Of a stretch of 20,000 bases of DNA, positions 19,306 to 20,000 are shown one piece after another. Below the pieces are notes generated by a model. That model had not been told where the DNA came from and did no database searches. It was given only the letters and a program-made list of their open reading frames with translations. This stretch comes from Craspedostauros australis (lineage: Eukaryota). The DNA lies in the NCBI GenBank assembly GCA_030167865.1, contig JALAGF010004376.1:58268-78267 (forward strand). Reading direction: 5' to 3'. Numbering within the stretch: the first letter of the stretch is position 1; each line of letters starts with the position of its first letter. A program made the position numbers and the translations under genes.

Positions 19306-20000
19306 GCATTGATCTTACAACAGGACAAGACGAAGAAGATTCGGCTGCTGATTGCTGCACGTGATTTCATTGGCTTGGATAGAGATCCATCCATTCTGCG
19401 CAGAGTACCAGTCCGAGTACTATGTAGAATAGTCGTATGGCATGGTGTGCGTCGTGTTTTGGGATTCGGCAGTTTGCACCGACAGACACCAACACGCTGA
19501 CATTTGGAGACATTACTCATTCGAATGAGTCGAGCAGTTTATCCACGACACACATCACAAAATGTGGAGCTCAAGTTTGTTCGCACACGCAAACACGCGG
19601 ATTCTCGTCTGTGCGGAACCAAGCGCATCGTCGCCCCTGACCTCTCCTGGAAGGAGCCTCTCCTCCGTGCTCGCTGTCGATCCCACACTCGCAGAGGCAT
19701 TACCACATGTGACGCCAACGCAACAGAACGATCGAGGAATGGAAACCCGCACCAGCGCACTGCGACCAAACAGGCAAAACGCTGGGCAACACATGCACAA
19801 TTCGCCACAACACGACACTAACCCCAGCGTCCTTCATTCCGCCCTTTCCTTCGCACGGTCACCTATACCATCATTGCGTTCCGCCTCATCATCCATCACC
19901 AGTCATCATCGCATCACTACTGCGGCATCGTGTTCGACCTTCCTGCCTCACTACAAGCAAAGGGTGAGCATCCAGGTACGGCTGAGTATCACGTTGCACC

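Noticed and set aside
19800-20000. C/A/T-rich stretch with possible donors (GTGAGC, GTACGG) suggesting the 5' end of a next gene
   Set aside because: No supported coding sequence inside the window.

Overview
Eukaryotic, gene-dense nuclear DNA, most likely from a diatom (inference from an ASAFAP-type bipartite plastid signal, a theta-class carbonic anhydrase and GT-AG introns of 197-362 nt). Five protein-coding genes: (1) a 5'-truncated VPS13 lipid-transfer gene on + with five exons in the window (1-2524, 2757-5510, 5873-7719, 7917-8056, 8360-10397; 3100 aa here; the 140-nt exon is absent from the ORF track); (2) an intronless GPR107/108-like (GOST / lung-7TM) gene; (3) a two-exon LCIB/LCIC-family theta carbonic anhydrase on - (14990-14520 + 14164-13424, 403 aa) that the ORF track splits in two; (4) a divergent SNF5/SMARCB1-like gene on -; (5) a type II membrane, putative glycosyltransferase-like gene on +. 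Most notable: the theta-CA leader (ER signal, plastid transit, an extra small folded domain, twin-arginine signal/anchor), a dense cluster of CRE/CCRE-like bZIP motifs upstream of it, an apparent actinoporin-like domain fused to the VPS13 C-terminus, a split DysF domain within VPS13, and a telomere-like G-quadruplex tract in a VPS13 intron. All domain calls are by-eye motif recognition, not database searches.
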